Below are positions 11,301 to 21,772 of a DNA stretch of 64,000 nt, in pieces. Position numbers and translations under genes: made by a program. The number at the start of each line of letters is the position of its first letter. Within the stretch, counting starts at the first letter, position 1. Under the pieces are notes generated by a model, which saw nothing but the letters and a program-made list of their open reading frames with translations, ran no database searches and was not told where the DNA came from. The DNA lies in contig CH464491.1 in assembly GCA_000002445.1 (NCBI GenBank), forward strand, positions 2,560,001-2,624,000, in the 5' to 3' direction. The stretch is from Trypanosoma brucei (Eukaryota).

Positions 11301-12149
11301 TCAACAAAAAGACTTCACTGACGACTCGATACACTGCAAACAAACTGGACATGTCTTACGGCCGCTACAACAAACTTCACAAAGTAATCGGTGTCCACAC
11401 GGGAGCATGATGACCAGTGGCCTCTCGACACCGTGGCATTGTATACAGTATTGCATTGTAGATTTTGTCACACACTCACCGGAGGTAGTGAGAACCGCAT
11501 CAGCGTTAAGACAAGTTGTAGCGGAAGTGTCTTCCGCGTTACTAATCGCACATCGGTCAGAAGGTCCATCCGCTCCGTCACTACCGTCTTCCTCCTTGCT
11601 CACATCTTTCCCCTTTTGTAGGAGCATCATGCGGAAACCACAAACCTCTCTGTGACCATCGTGTAATTCCGGTGCGATGATTTCTCCACAGTGACGGCAC
11701 TTAAACTGCAAAAGAAGACCGGTAGCAACCCGGCAAAGGGCGGCGCGGGGTTCACGGCAGAGCGGGCAAAACTGAAGCGCCATCACACACTTCTCACAAC
11801 AAGATACGTGTCCGCAAGGGAGAAAAGCAAACGAACGCCGTGCCGCGAAGCATACAACACACCATTCTTCCGTATCGTAGTCCCTCGAACAATCATCCCC
11901 CAAATCCTGCAACTCCCCTTGTTGCTGTTGTCGTAGATTCCTGAAGTTATTCTCGCGACAAGCTTCCCTATGCCCATCGAAAAGAACGGGATCAATGTAC
12001 ATTCCGCAAACACCACATCTTCTTCTTAGTGGTAAGGAGAATTGACTTCTTCTTGCTTCACCGCGAGCCGCTTGCTGGTGATCTTGATCAGCTCTACGCT
12101 GAGAAAAGAACGGAAAGCAACAACAACAGAATGAGGGCGCGTTTCCCAT
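11301..12149 (-). CDS. Putative E3 ubiquitin ligase with two UBZ4-like (C2HC) zinc fingers, each followed by a C3HC4 RING finger, and an N-terminal MGxxxS myristoylation-type motif
   Basis: 282 aa. RING 1 is 'CVVCFAARRSFAFLPCGHVSCCEKCVMALQFCPLCREP'. RING 2 is 'CIQCHGVERPLVIMLPCGHRLLCEVCCSGRKTCPVCLQCI'. Each is preceded by 'C-x2-C-x11-H-x3-C' ('CGVCGMYIDPVLFDGHREAC', 'CRHCGEIIAPELHDGHREVC'), the same spacing as the Rad18 UBZ4 'CPVCGVNIPESHINKHLDSC'. The N-terminus is 'MGNAPSF'. Confidence 0.65.
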   Translation of the reverse strand: MGNAPSFCCCCFPFFSQRRADQDHQQAARGEARRSQFSLPLRRRCGVCGMYIDPVLFDGHREACRENNFRNLRQQQQGELQDLGDDCSRDYDTEEWCVVCFAARRSFAFLPCGHVSCCEKCVMALQFCPLCREPRAALCRVATGLLLQFKCRHCGEIIAPELHDGHREVCGFRMMLLQKGKDVSKEEDGSDGADGPSDRCAISNAEDTSATTCLNADAVLTTSGECVTKSTMQYCIQCHGVERPLVIMLPCGHRLLCEVCCSGRKTCPVCLQCIESSVKSFC

Positions 12150-12741
12150 GCATCAAAAAAAAAAAACTCCCCACGGTTAGCTCTCTCCTATGCAATTATG
12201 TAGAATCGTGATTGTGTCTAGATTTGTGCAAGTATCGTACGCGGGAATGTTTATGTGAATATGTGTGCGCCTGTGCTCGAAAAAAAAAAAAGAATACTTC
12301 GGATGGGTATTGACTGAACTGACTTACTTCTGTTATGTACTGGAAACGTACCTGCAGTGCGCGGTTCGGCGTACGCTCCCTCCCCTTCTCAAAACTGTAA
12401 CGAGTGTACACCTCGAAGAAAATAAGGGAGAAAAATGAACGATCCGTTTCCTATGGACTGAGGGATTTCCATCATAACAAAACAGATAGAGGATGACCAT
12501 AAGAAAAAAAACAAGTAAAAGGCCACATAGTGAAGAGAGGCGCCATGGCAACCGTGAAATATGTTGACACCTGCACCCAATATACACACACGCATCAATT
12601 ATTAAGGCATAGGCACAATTTTTTCCAGACATATCTTATTACCATAAAGACAGTGGTTGGCAAACAAAGAGCATTCTAAACCCCCGATTCCACAGAGGTG
12701 CACAGACTGTCGAGTGCGTGGCGTGAAAAACAATTAGTGCT

Positions 12742-13101
12742 CTAAAAAGTCCTCCCTGCGCCGTAAGCGGCACAGCGCTCGCGCAGCTCCACTGCTGCCT
12801 TCTGCAGCTCAGCAAATATACGTCTTAGTTCGGCCAAATGGGTCCGCTTGGCCTTTACTTTCTCTCTCATTTGGGCTTCAGCCTTGCGGCGCGCGTCTAG
12901 ATTTCCCCTTAGCAAGCCGTTGAGGTACAGGCGCAGCAACTCACTGTCCCTCTCCGCTTCGTTCCTTCTTGCCGTTGATGCTCGCGCAGTGAGCTCCGCC
13001 CTCGATTCCGTCTCTCTCACCAAGAATTCGCGCTCGTCTAGCAGCATCGCACGCTCGAAACGAAGCTCCAGCTCCTCCTCACTCATCTCGCGAGGTTCCA
13101 T
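12742..13101 (-). CDS. Small hypothetical coiled-coil protein
   Basis: 119 aa from 'MEPREMSEEELELRFERAMLLDEREFLVRETESR...'. The track ORF (to 13161) starts 'MLQKKKKKW', which translates an A-run, so I place the start at the internal Met. The protein is charged and heptad-rich. No family recognised. Confidence 0.35.
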   Translation of the reverse strand: MEPREMSEEELELRFERAMLLDEREFLVRETESRAELTARASTARRNEAERDSELLRLYLNGLLRGNLDARRKAEAQMREKVKAKRTHLAELRRIFAELQKAAVELRERCAAYGAGRTF

Positions 13102-13759
13102 CGCCGAAATGCGAAGGGACGAGTGTTTCGACTGCCACTTCTTTTTTTTTTTTTGCAACACAGAAAGGAAAACGGAAGGCGACTTGTGAGATTAGCGAGA
13201 AGTTGACACTACAACATGAGCATGTGGCGGCAATCCGCGCAGAGGCAACACATATAGACACAGCTGCAGTGTGGGTTTGATGGAAAAACAAGTACACGTA
13301 TGACGTCATACGGCACAGGATAAATGCAGGCCACAAGCGCCTACGTCACCGTATTGTCTTCTCTCGGTTGAGGTGGTAATCGGCTTAAAATGGCAGAGTC
13401 GAGGAGCCCAATGGGACCAACATCGACAACAGCACAAGTAGACACGGAGTCGAACGTTGTCTACTGGAAATAGGAAAACAAAAAGTAGATGGAGAGAAAA
13501 GAAAGTCGAGCGCAAATCACATCACAACTATGACTAGTATGAGAGAAACTCGGTTTCCACAATGGCATTCCAGCGAAGGAAGTTGGTGCTGAGCAGAGGA
13601 AGCCGCGATATGTTGGTACCCCCTGCGTTAGTAGACTTCTTCCCGTCGCTGTTTCTTCGCAACATTAATCCTCTCGTACACACTACAAGTTTTGTAGTGA
13701 GCCTCTAATAAGTGTAGATTAGTGGCGCAACGGGCAGCTCACAATAGAGAGTAGAGTTC

Positions 13760-14887
13760 TCATCCCCTATAATAGCGCGGGGCAACAAACCTTGAGTTCA
13801 CTATTTCCGCCTTCACAAGCTTTCCACGGACGTCAAGCCCCACTTGTTGACCAATATTTGAGTAACTTCGATCAACATAGCCCAGTGCAATGTTACGTCC
13901 GAGCGTTGGGGATGGAACCCCGCTCGTGACCACGCCGACACATTTACCCTCCACAAGCACCGGAGTTCCATTGCGAGGGATGGGTCCACGTTCAGGGGCG
14001 GCGAGTATACCAACACGCACTCGAGGAACCAGCTCTTTCGCCTTCTTTACCAGTTGCGCCAGCCGCTCATGACCAACAAACCCACCTTCGGTCATACGGT
14101 GCTTCGGCACACACCACATGCAGCGGGCAGCAACGGGGTCTATGTCCTCTGACAATTCATGGGAATACAGGTTAAGGCCCGCCTCCGTTCGAAGGGTGTC
14201 GCGCGCAGCAAGGCCGGCGGCCTGAACATCAGGGTTTTGCAGCAGAAGCTCAACGATAGGCAAGGCGTCTTCCTCGCGCATAACTATATCGAAGCCATCT
14301 TCTCCGGAGTAGCTGCAACGAGTAAGAGTCTTAATACGCATGCCGCGAATGTCCACATCTTGTCTGCCCTGCATGAAAAGCAACTTGTCCAGACCTTCCA
14401 CATGTGGCGCAAGCGCGCTCGCGGCTTTGGGTCCTTGTACTGTCACAATGGCGCGATCCTCCATCTCCAGCGCAACATCGCCAGTAAAATCGGCAACGCT
14501 CTGCCGCATATATGCAATCATCTTGTCCTTACATCCCGCATTCACAACGACTACGAGACGATCGTCATACCTAGTCACAATACAGTCATCTTTTACACCT
14601 GCTCGGTCGTTTAGAAACATGGTGAGTGCAGCTTTCCCACTGGGCATCCGTGAGGGCGCGGACGGCGTCAGCCACTCCAAGAACTTCTCACGGTCGGCAC
14701 CAAACACCTCTACCACACCGAAATGTGACACGTCGAAAATACTGGCGGCCTCACGGGTGTGGAGATGCTCGCGAACAGCTCCCGCCGCATAGTTTATGGG
14801 CATGTCGTACCCGGAAAATGGTGCCATGCGCGCTCGACGACCAACGTGGAAGGCATGTAAAGCCGTGTGCCGTAGAGAAGTTGACAT
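13760..14887 (-). CDS. GCVT: Aminomethyltransferase (glycine cleavage system T protein)
   Basis: 375 aa. 'FSGYDMPINYAAGAVREHLHTREAASIFDVSHFGVVEVFGADREKFLEWLT' matches the GcvT N-terminal signature ('FAGWEMPVQY...EHLAVR..AGLFDVSHMG...G.DA..FLQ.L'). Full length for the family. Confidence 0.85.
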   Translation of the reverse strand: MSTSLRHTALHAFHVGRRARMAPFSGYDMPINYAAGAVREHLHTREAASIFDVSHFGVVEVFGADREKFLEWLTPSAPSRMPSGKAALTMFLNDRAGVKDDCIVTRYDDRLVVVVNAGCKDKMIAYMRQSVADFTGDVALEMEDRAIVTVQGPKAASALAPHVEGLDKLLFMQGRQDVDIRGMRIKTLTRCSYSGEDGFDIVMREEDALPIVELLLQNPDVQAAGLAARDTLRTEAGLNLYSHELSEDIDPVAARCMWCVPKHRMTEGGFVGHERLAQLVKKAKELVPRVRVGILAAPERGPIPRNGTPVLVEGKCVGVVTSGVPSPTLGRNIALGYVDRSYSNIGQQVGLDVRGKLVKAEIVNSRFVAPRYYRG

Positions 14888-15172
14888 AAGTAAATAAGTG
14901 CTCCGGGATAGATAGTCGTAACTTGGTGTTTCAAAAAAAAAAAGTCAGGAAGAGGAAGAAAAATGGGCAAGTTATACCACTTTCGTCCTTGAACGTCGGA
15001 AAATATCTACATTTATGAGCTCACATACTTACGTACGAGTACACATATTTATATATGTTAAAAATTGTAAGTGCGAGAGTAGCGAACATAAATGAGGCAC
15101 TATGCTACTCAAAAATACAATGCACAGAGTTGCAAACGCAACCTAAGAACCGCTCACATAGATAAGTGTCGC

Positions 15173-17110
15173 TTATTGAGAAAACCCATACTTGCTCATA
15201 ATTTCGTGCTTGCGCCTTTCTAACTCCTCCAACGATAGCAGGGAGACAGAGGAATTGCTTGAAGGGACCGTTGGCTTGGCTTTATGAGGTTGTGCATCAC
15301 CACCGACAACAAAAATGTCACCTTCATCGGCCCCAAAATCAGAAGCAACTGCTGTGGAACCACTGGCAGCAACGAATGCAATTGTAGGGGAGGTGGTGGT
15401 GTCAAGGGGGGTGCGCTCCATCGAGAGAGTGCGCGGTTTCGATCGCAACCCCTCACATGCCAAAAAATTCTCGTCGCGTGTCCCAGCAGATATTCCTACC
15501 CCGGAAATACTCGGGGGCACTTCGTCTGCCTTACGCCCACCACCACCCGCGGTTTGGTAACAGAAGTTTCCCGCATCCACCAGCGGCGGTTTCTCTGCTC
15601 CCACGCTCTGCCTGAGTGATGCATTATTGGCACCGCCGACGCCCTGCCCAATGCTGGAAACGGGAATTGCTTCCGACTCGCTCCCATCACGCCCACGCAG
15701 CCTCTGAACCTCGCAACGCAGCGCATCCATCCGTGAAAAAACATATTTCAAACGTAGACCAACGGTTTCAACAACGGCGCGCGGTGCCACTCCAAAAAGT
15801 GGCTCGAGGATATTATTGATAAACCCTGTGCACTCCTCGTTATTAACAGGTGGAGTGGAAGAGCATATGCAGCGAATTCTATCTTCAAGCGCTTCGAGAC
15901 GCTCCTGCTGTTTATTGACAGCGGTACGCAATTGCTGGATAGTGCTGTCAGCCATGTCAAGCTCGCGCTGCATGTTACGAAACTTGCCCTCAAACAACCG
16001 CTGTAGACCTCCAAGGCCATCGGTGTTACTAGTGTTGCTCCCGCTGGAACAGCTTAGCACACGAAAGCTGGACGCATCTGAACGCGTCGTACTGGGGATC
16101 TCATTTAATAAGGTATCGTACTCCTCGCGTACTTCCCTCAAACACCTCCGAATTTCGTGATCACGTTGCTGACGCAGAAGCAACAACTGGGCCTCCAGCT
16201 GCTCAGTCATCGCCGCAATTTCAGTCGCCACGATCACCCTTTGTTGTGCCAGCAAAAGGTGAGATGTTGCACGTACGTTGTCAAGCTCCTCTCGTAATTG
16301 AGTGTTGAGCATATGCATCCTGGACAACTGACTCTGGGATACGCCACCGTCTGCGAGCTGCGGACTTGTCATGCGGAGTGGAGGACGTCCAGACGCCACC
16401 AATCCCACGGGCGAGGACCCCACCGCTACGAGGGCATCTTCACCAGCTTGTTCTATGCCAACTGTCGCTGCGCTTCCCCCACAGAGGCTTGCACCAACTA
16501 ACGGTGATGGTGATGACGATGATGGTGGAATACTAAACTTTCCAATACTAGTGAGGCTCTGAGGCGACTGAAGGAAGTCGGCAACTCGGGGGTCCACCGG
16601 ATTTGCAAAGTCGACACAAAAATGTGAATTATGTTTTAACCGATCAAGGAAGTAAAAAAGTACCAGTGTGTTGAAGCAATGGCGCGCCTGGCCTGCGGAG
16701 AATGCACGGCGATCAAACAAATGCATCGGCAACTGTCGTTGTTCCATGATGTTCTGCAACACATCCCAATTTCTTTCGGCAGAGTCCTTCCCTTGATACG
16801 AAATGGCGGAGGCGAAACCACTGGGGAACGATGTAGGAAAAACATGAAGTGCAAGTGCCAAAAGAACCGCACCGTCGCCTAAATCTCTATACTTGCTGCA
16901 GGGCCGGATTCCAGTCGTCTCTGCCGCCCACCTCAACAGATCCTTCTTCCCCAGCGTCACCATCGGGGATCCACAATTACCTTCCCCTAAAAATACGGGT
17001 GAAAGAAAATAGTTGGGGGAGGACAAACAACGTACGAAGGTCCGGGTGCAATTGACCAAAAATGTAAGTTGGGCATTGGCCGCGCGTTGCTGCAACCCGA
17101 ATATCCACAA
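15173..17110 (-). CDS. Calponin-homology (EB1-type CH) domain-containing coiled-coil protein, hypothetical
   Basis: 645 aa. The N-terminal ~130 aa ('LLRWAAETTG..SKYRDLGDGAVLLALALHVFP...ERNWDVLQNIMEQRQLPMHLFDRRAFSAGQARHCFNTLVLFYFL') aligns in pattern with the EB1 CH domain ('MLAWINESLQ..IEQLCSGAAYCQFMDMLFP...[48 protein letters not shown]'). A long coiled coil follows. The C-terminus is low-complexity and Gly/Ser-rich. Confidence 0.5.
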   Translation of the reverse strand: MWIFGLQQRAANAQLTFLVNCTRTFVRCLSSPNYFLSPVFLGEGNCGSPMVTLGKKDLLRWAAETTGIRPCSKYRDLGDGAVLLALALHVFPTSFPSGFASAISYQGKDSAERNWDVLQNIMEQRQLPMHLFDRRAFSAGQARHCFNTLVLFYFLDRLKHNSHFCVDFANPVDPRVADFLQSPQSLTSIGKFSIPPSSSSPSPLVGASLCGGSAATVGIEQAGEDALVAVGSSPVGLVASGRPPLRMTSPQLADGGVSQSQLSRMHMLNTQLREELDNVRATSHLLLAQQRVIVATEIAAMTEQLEAQLLLLRQQRDHEIRRCLREVREEYDTLLNEIPSTTRSDASSFRVLSCSSGSNTSNTDGLGGLQRLFEGKFRNMQRELDMADSTIQQLRTAVNKQQERLEALEDRIRCICSSTPPVNNEECTGFINNILEPLFGVAPRAVVETVGLRLKYVFSRMDALRCEVQRLRGRDGSESEAIPVSSIGQGVGGANNASLRQSVGAEKPPLVDAGNFCYQTAGGGGRKADEVPPSISGVGISAGTRDENFLACEGLRSKPRTLSMERTPLDTTTSPTIAFVAASGSTAVASDFGADEGDIFVVGGDAQPHKAKPTVPSSNSSVSLLSLEELERRKHEIMSKYGFSQ

Positions 17111-17318
17111 CTCACTAAAAAGCGTCGCCAGCGACGCAAAGATAGAGGGATAACTTGGCGGGTGGAGGTAGCAACGATGTCACGTGAATGGACAACACCG
17201 CCGTAGCAACGTAAATGAAGGAGTCCATAACAATGTTAAGATAAACGGTCATTCTGATCAACACTGTGTACACCGAACGGATTGTACAGACAATCAACAA
17301 CCATCCTTATTCCCCCTG

Positions 17319-18296
17319 TCACCGGACAGTAAGAGGAAAGTATTTGGGGGCAACAGCTCTTGTGATCTCTATTACACGCTTCATCGCTTCGTGATACTTC
17401 TGTACAGCACCATCGTCCTCCACCAGCTCCTCCACGATTTCTCCATTTGCCCACAACTGAATTTTATTGCTACCGCTCTCCGCAAAGTGGTACAACCCAC
17501 GTCCGTGCTTTACATCCTGTCGGTATGAGCCAATAAAGTACTCTGTTTCTTGGGGATTGAAGAAGTACACCCCAACACCGTCCATCTTTCCGTCTCGCCA
17601 ATGTCCCACATACTTCTTGCCGCTTCGGCCCACAACGTACACGCCCCAGCCGTGGTGTTTGTTCTGTTCAAACTGACCCTCGTACCAGTCACCCTCGGGG
17701 TGCTCCCAGTATCCCACACCCTGCTTCTTCGAACCGCTGTATTGGCCACAGTACGTTGCGCCGGATGGTAACTTAAAGGTACGTTCACACAATGCGGCCG
17801 GGGCCTCACCCAATGTCTTGGGGGCGACAGCGCGAGCCGCTTCTAGTAGATTATCTATACTCATCATGCACTCTACACGCTGAACCGGCGTTGCTTCAGA
17901 TTCGCTGTGGAGCACGCCATCAACGTATTCTTGCACCATCACCACACCATTCTCATGGCAATAGAACCCCTTGCCACACTTTTTGTCATCAGTATAAAAG
18001 CCCACGAAGCAAGGGGTATAGCTGCTGGAGAAGAAGTAGACTCCTTCGCCATTCATCTTCCCCGACATCCAGTTACCGACGTAGCGCTTACCAGACTCGC
18101 TAAAGTAATATACACCGAGCCCTTCCTGCCTGTTGTCCACGTACTCACCCTCATACACCTCACCGCTTGGGTGCTTCCAGTGCCCTCGTCCGTGTCGCTT
18201 CGTGCCTTGAAAGGTTCCCTCATAAACAGCCCCCGATTTGTATGTGTAGCTCCGCTTTTGGAGACCCTCCTGATCGCCTACAACTTTGTCTAGCAT
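17319..18296 (-). CDS. MORN repeat-containing protein
   Basis: 325 aa with repeated 'YxGxWxxGKxxGxGV' units ('YEGTFQGTKRHGRGHW', 'YEGEYVDNRQEGLGVYYF', 'YVGNWMSGKMNGEGVYFF', 'YCGQYSGSKKQGVGYW', 'YEGQFEQNKHHGWGVY', 'YVGHWRDGKMDGVGVYFF'). Confidence 0.8.
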   Translation of the reverse strand: MLDKVVGDQEGLQKRSYTYKSGAVYEGTFQGTKRHGRGHWKHPSGEVYEGEYVDNRQEGLGVYYFSESGKRYVGNWMSGKMNGEGVYFFSSSYTPCFVGFYTDDKKCGKGFYCHENGVVMVQEYVDGVLHSESEATPVQRVECMMSIDNLLEAARAVAPKTLGEAPAALCERTFKLPSGATYCGQYSGSKKQGVGYWEHPEGDWYEGQFEQNKHHGWGVYVVGRSGKKYVGHWRDGKMDGVGVYFFNPQETEYFIGSYRQDVKHGRGLYHFAESGSNKIQLWANGEIVEELVEDDGAVQKYHEAMKRVIEITRAVAPKYFPLTVR

Positions 18297-18686
18297 AAAT
18301 CTATTTAAACAATCGAACTCCTTTAATAATCAAAGAACGAACACCCGCACACGGAGAGGTATCTGTCTCCCCCACTCGCGTGCCTGTGCGGACCACTGTA
18401 GCTTCAATACCACACCTCAGACCCCCGTTTCTACACACCTACCTCCCAGTAGAGGGAAAGCCGATGGCGGTGTTTACTAAAGGAAAGGAAAAGAAAAGGT
18501 GTTACGTATAAAGTTGGCTTCTGGGTATTGCAGCTAATCAGTGATTTGGTCTCCCCATCCACCGTTCTGCGGGTTGGTGCCGCAGCTTTTTTTTTTAGGA
18601 AAAGTGACGAACCACGGGAATAAAAGAAACGAGAAAACGAAACATAAAGAAAGACAAAGGAACTTAAGTCCGTTCACATAGCACCC

Positions 18687-18992
18687 CTATGAAGGCACTT
18701 CGCTCGCCTCCTTCACATCGTACGCACCGCTCACGACGAAGCATTGCGACTGCATGGATGCCTGTACCTTCGGTTTCTCAAAATAGTACGCAGTACCGTC
18801 ATGACGATACAGAACGGCATCGTCCACGTCGTTGAAGGGTGACACATTGAGGCGTTTCAGCACTTGTTGCACTTTCTTGTCGTCCCCGGTATTGCGATGT
18901 GCTACCTTCACGGTACGGCGTACTGAACCGCGGCCTCCTGTGCGAACAAATTCTGCGCGCCTGCGGAGCGTCTCCTGAGTAATAGAGGGCAT
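18687..18992 (-). CDS. BTF3: Nascent polypeptide-associated complex beta subunit / BTF3
   Basis: 101 aa. 'LRRRAEFVRTGGRGSVRRTVKVAHRNTGDDKKVQQVLKRLNV' matches human BTF3 '[43 protein letters not shown]'. 'EKPKVQASMQSQCFVVSG' matches 'NNPKVQASLAANTFTITG'. Confidence 0.9.
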   Translation of the reverse strand: MPSITQETLRRRAEFVRTGGRGSVRRTVKVAHRNTGDDKKVQQVLKRLNVSPFNDVDDAVLYRHDGTAYYFEKPKVQASMQSQCFVVSGAYDVKEASEVPS

Positions 18993-19305
18993 GACTCTCT
19001 CGTAAACGAAGTCGGTTCACTAGCAAACATTGGTGATAACAAATGATCACAGAAGGAGTAAATTGGGCGGGGAAGAAAAGTGAAGGAAAAGAGAGACGCA
19101 ATGAGTGGAGGTGGGACAAAACGCAATACATACCGTCCACGGTGCCCACCTTCCGGAAGAAAAGATGGTGAAACCGGCGCACCACGGGGGACAAAGTGTA
19201 CATGCAAGACAAAAGAGTGTTTAAGTAATTAAAACAAAATAATATACGGAGCTAAAGACCAAAAATGATCCTGTGGCTTAATTCACAAGCCTACGCGTGC
19301 ATGCC

Positions 19306-19950
19306 TTAGTAGATACGCTGCGACTTCCCCATAGTCGACTTGATGTACGCGGATTTCAGATTCTGCCAGTTCTTCTTCAACAAAGACACAAGGAAGTTGA
19401 TCGCCATAACAACATTCTGGCGTACCTGATCCTCAGTCATATCGACATGGCCGACGCATGTTCCAAGGCAGAGCACCTTCTTGAGCTGAAACTTCACTGT
19501 GGACTGAAGCTCGAGCACCTTGTCCGGCAGGCTCTCATTCTGCGCACACACCGTAGGGAACTTACCTACACGATGCATGTGAGGGCCGACAAGACGCGGG
19601 ACTGTCTTAATGATAGACTCCGAACACAAGAAGGCATCGTACTGGTTACACATCTTTTTCACCAGCTTCTTGTTCTTGTTCAGTTTCTTCAGTTCCTCCT
19701 GGTTCATGGTCGGGACGTCATTCTTCTTGGCGATGTCCTCGTGCACGAGGTCACAGAGAAGGCAGACAGTCATACGGGGGCGGCACACGTGCGGGAGGCG
19801 CACAGAACCAGAGAAACGCTTGTCCTTTTGGGGGTCGTAGTTCTTCAGGTTTACTTGCAAATCAATGCTCTCCTTGAACTTACGCTCCTTGCGATCTTTC
19901 AACACATTTTGAATAGCCTCAGAAAGCAGTGCTGGAGGGATCTTCGACAT
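19306..19950 (-). CDS. RPL10A: 60S ribosomal protein L10a (uL1)
   Basis: 214 aa, collinear with human RPL10A. Shared segments include '[18 protein letters not shown]', '[14 protein letters not shown]', '[12 protein letters not shown]', '[11 protein letters not shown]', '[31 protein letters not shown]'. Confidence 0.95.
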
Positions 19951-20414
19951 GGCGCCGCGCTGAGAGAAAAAAGCCTAATATTTGGGCAGTAGCAGTATGG
20001 TGTTGTTGTTTAAATTTGAGAAAAAAATATGAGAAAGACGAGGAAAAAGTGAAGAGCATGCCAGCAAATCACCGCACAGGCTCGGATGAAACCAGTTGGC
20101 AGATTAAGTAGGCAGTGGTTAAAACAAGGAAATTAAAAGCACCGGTGGGGCAAAAAACGGAGTATATCGCTGACCCCTCCACAGTGTCCTAGTATCCTTT
20201 TTTTTTATTCCTTCCTTACCCTCTCCTTACATTGGCACCCCAAAGCTTTCGGCTGCAACCCTACAAAGGGAACGCCAAGAAAAAAAAAAGGCGACAAATA
20301 AAAGAATTGGGGAAGGAACAAATAAAAAAAAGGAGAAAAGAAACAAGAAAAGAACATTGGTCTATTTTTTTTTTTTTTTTGCGTCCCACAGATGCAACCA
20401 GCATTCCCTCACGC

Positions 20415-20675
20415 TTAGTGGTCTGGCTTTTTGCGGAACCCGCAGCCAGTTACCAGCATTGCCTTGCCACCGGTGGGGCGGCAAAGCAAGGTAGCGCAAC
20501 CATTGCACTTAACCTCTGACGTGGCATGGCTGTATACCACAGTGATGTTCTTGCATCCGGGACACTTGACATCCATGAAGTACGAATTGGGGCCCTGCAC
20601 AAGACGACGGCGCTTGTGCTTCATGCGCTCGGTGCGCACCGTGGGGTAGCTGAGATCCGAATCGAAGAAACCCAT
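20415..20675 (-). CDS. RPS27: 40S ribosomal protein S27 (eS27), C4 zinc-finger
   Basis: 86 aa. '[64 protein letters not shown]' matches human RPS27 '[64 protein letters not shown]'. Confidence 0.95.
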   Translation of the reverse strand: MGFFDSDLSYPTVRTERMKHKRRRLVQGPNSYFMDVKCPGCKNITVVYSHATSEVKCNGCATLLCRPTGGKAMLVTGCGFRKKPDH

Positions 20676-21038
20676 GACTCTTGCAGACCTACGTGGGGAT
20701 AATGCACAATTATGTGGTGATTATTTATAGTACAGGTTGAGAAAGAGAAGCAACGGGTTAAAAAAGGAAGAGGGAAATGGGTGAGAGAACGAACGGGCAA
20801 GTACACAGGTGTGGAGAGTTCAAAACCTGACAGAAACAAAGGCAAGCAAGGCATGTCCCCTGTCATTGTTGTTAGGGGTTTCAAGTGTCACATCGCACTT
20901 CTTGTCACCTGGTCACATCGCTATACAGCTGCAGTGAGACCAAGGAGAAGAATCATGCGAAAGTGCCCAAAAATAAAAAGAGTGTAAATGAACGGAAGAA
21001 AAGGCGAAGAAAACGATATGCGGGAGGACCAACGTCGA

Positions 21039-21551
21039 CTATTTCTTCAGCTTCGCACCAACAGGGGCCTTACCAGCCTTCCTCTTGGGTGCCTCCTTCT
21101 TTGCAATGACGGATTTGGCGCCAACCTTCGCCGCTACCTTCTTTGCTACGGCAGCCACCTTCTCTTCCTTGCTCTTCCTCTTGGCGGCGCGGCGCTTCTT
21201 TTCCTTCTGGACCTTCGCGTGAGCCTTCAGGGCCCGCTTCACGATGCGCTGCTCCTCAATGAGGAAGGCACGGACGATGCGGTCGCGTACCTGTTCGTGG
21301 CTCAACACACCGCCGTATGGGCGCGAAGTCGTCTTCTGATGACGTGGGGCGAGACGCGCCTTTGTGTGACGCAACGCCTTCGTGCCAGCGAGACGTTTGT
21401 GGCCAAGTACCCACGGAGTGTGTGGGCCCTGCGACCGCTTACCGCGCTTCTGCATCACTAGGCGATTGCCGGGTGTTCGCACTAGGCGCATGCGGTTGCC
21501 ACGCGTGGCGTAATGCATGCGACGGCGGTATTGCACACGGGGGCAAGACAT
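21039..21551 (-). CDS. RPL34: 60S ribosomal protein L34 (eL34) with a Lys/Ala-rich C-terminal extension
   Basis: 170 aa from the internal Met '[32 protein letters not shown]', matching human RPL34 '[31 protein letters not shown]'. '[22 protein letters not shown]' matches '[22 protein letters not shown]'. The track ORF extends a further 90 non-homologous codons upstream (to 21821). I reject that extension. Confidence 0.9.
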   Translation of the reverse strand: [170 protein letters not shown]

Positions 21552-21772
21552 CTTCGCTGATGCTTGTGGGTCCTTCCTTTTCCTTCTCGCTTCTGTAAAG
21601 TAACAAGGCAGAAAAAAGGCAACAATATGTGCAATTAAAGATGTGTATGCAATGGAGGTGTGGTCTTTTTTTAAAAAAAAAGGGTGCAGAGAATGTGTAT
21701 ATCTGTTAGTGGAAGTAACAGCACTACTGCGGGGCCGCCCGGATGCAACTAACGCTGCAGGATGGTGTACTT

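Noticed and set aside
19297-19992. 231-aa plus-strand ORF antisense to RPL10A
   Set aside because: It completely overlaps a highly conserved ribosomal protein gene on the other strand. The translation is Leu/His/Val-rich nonsense typical of antisense frames of codon-biased genes.
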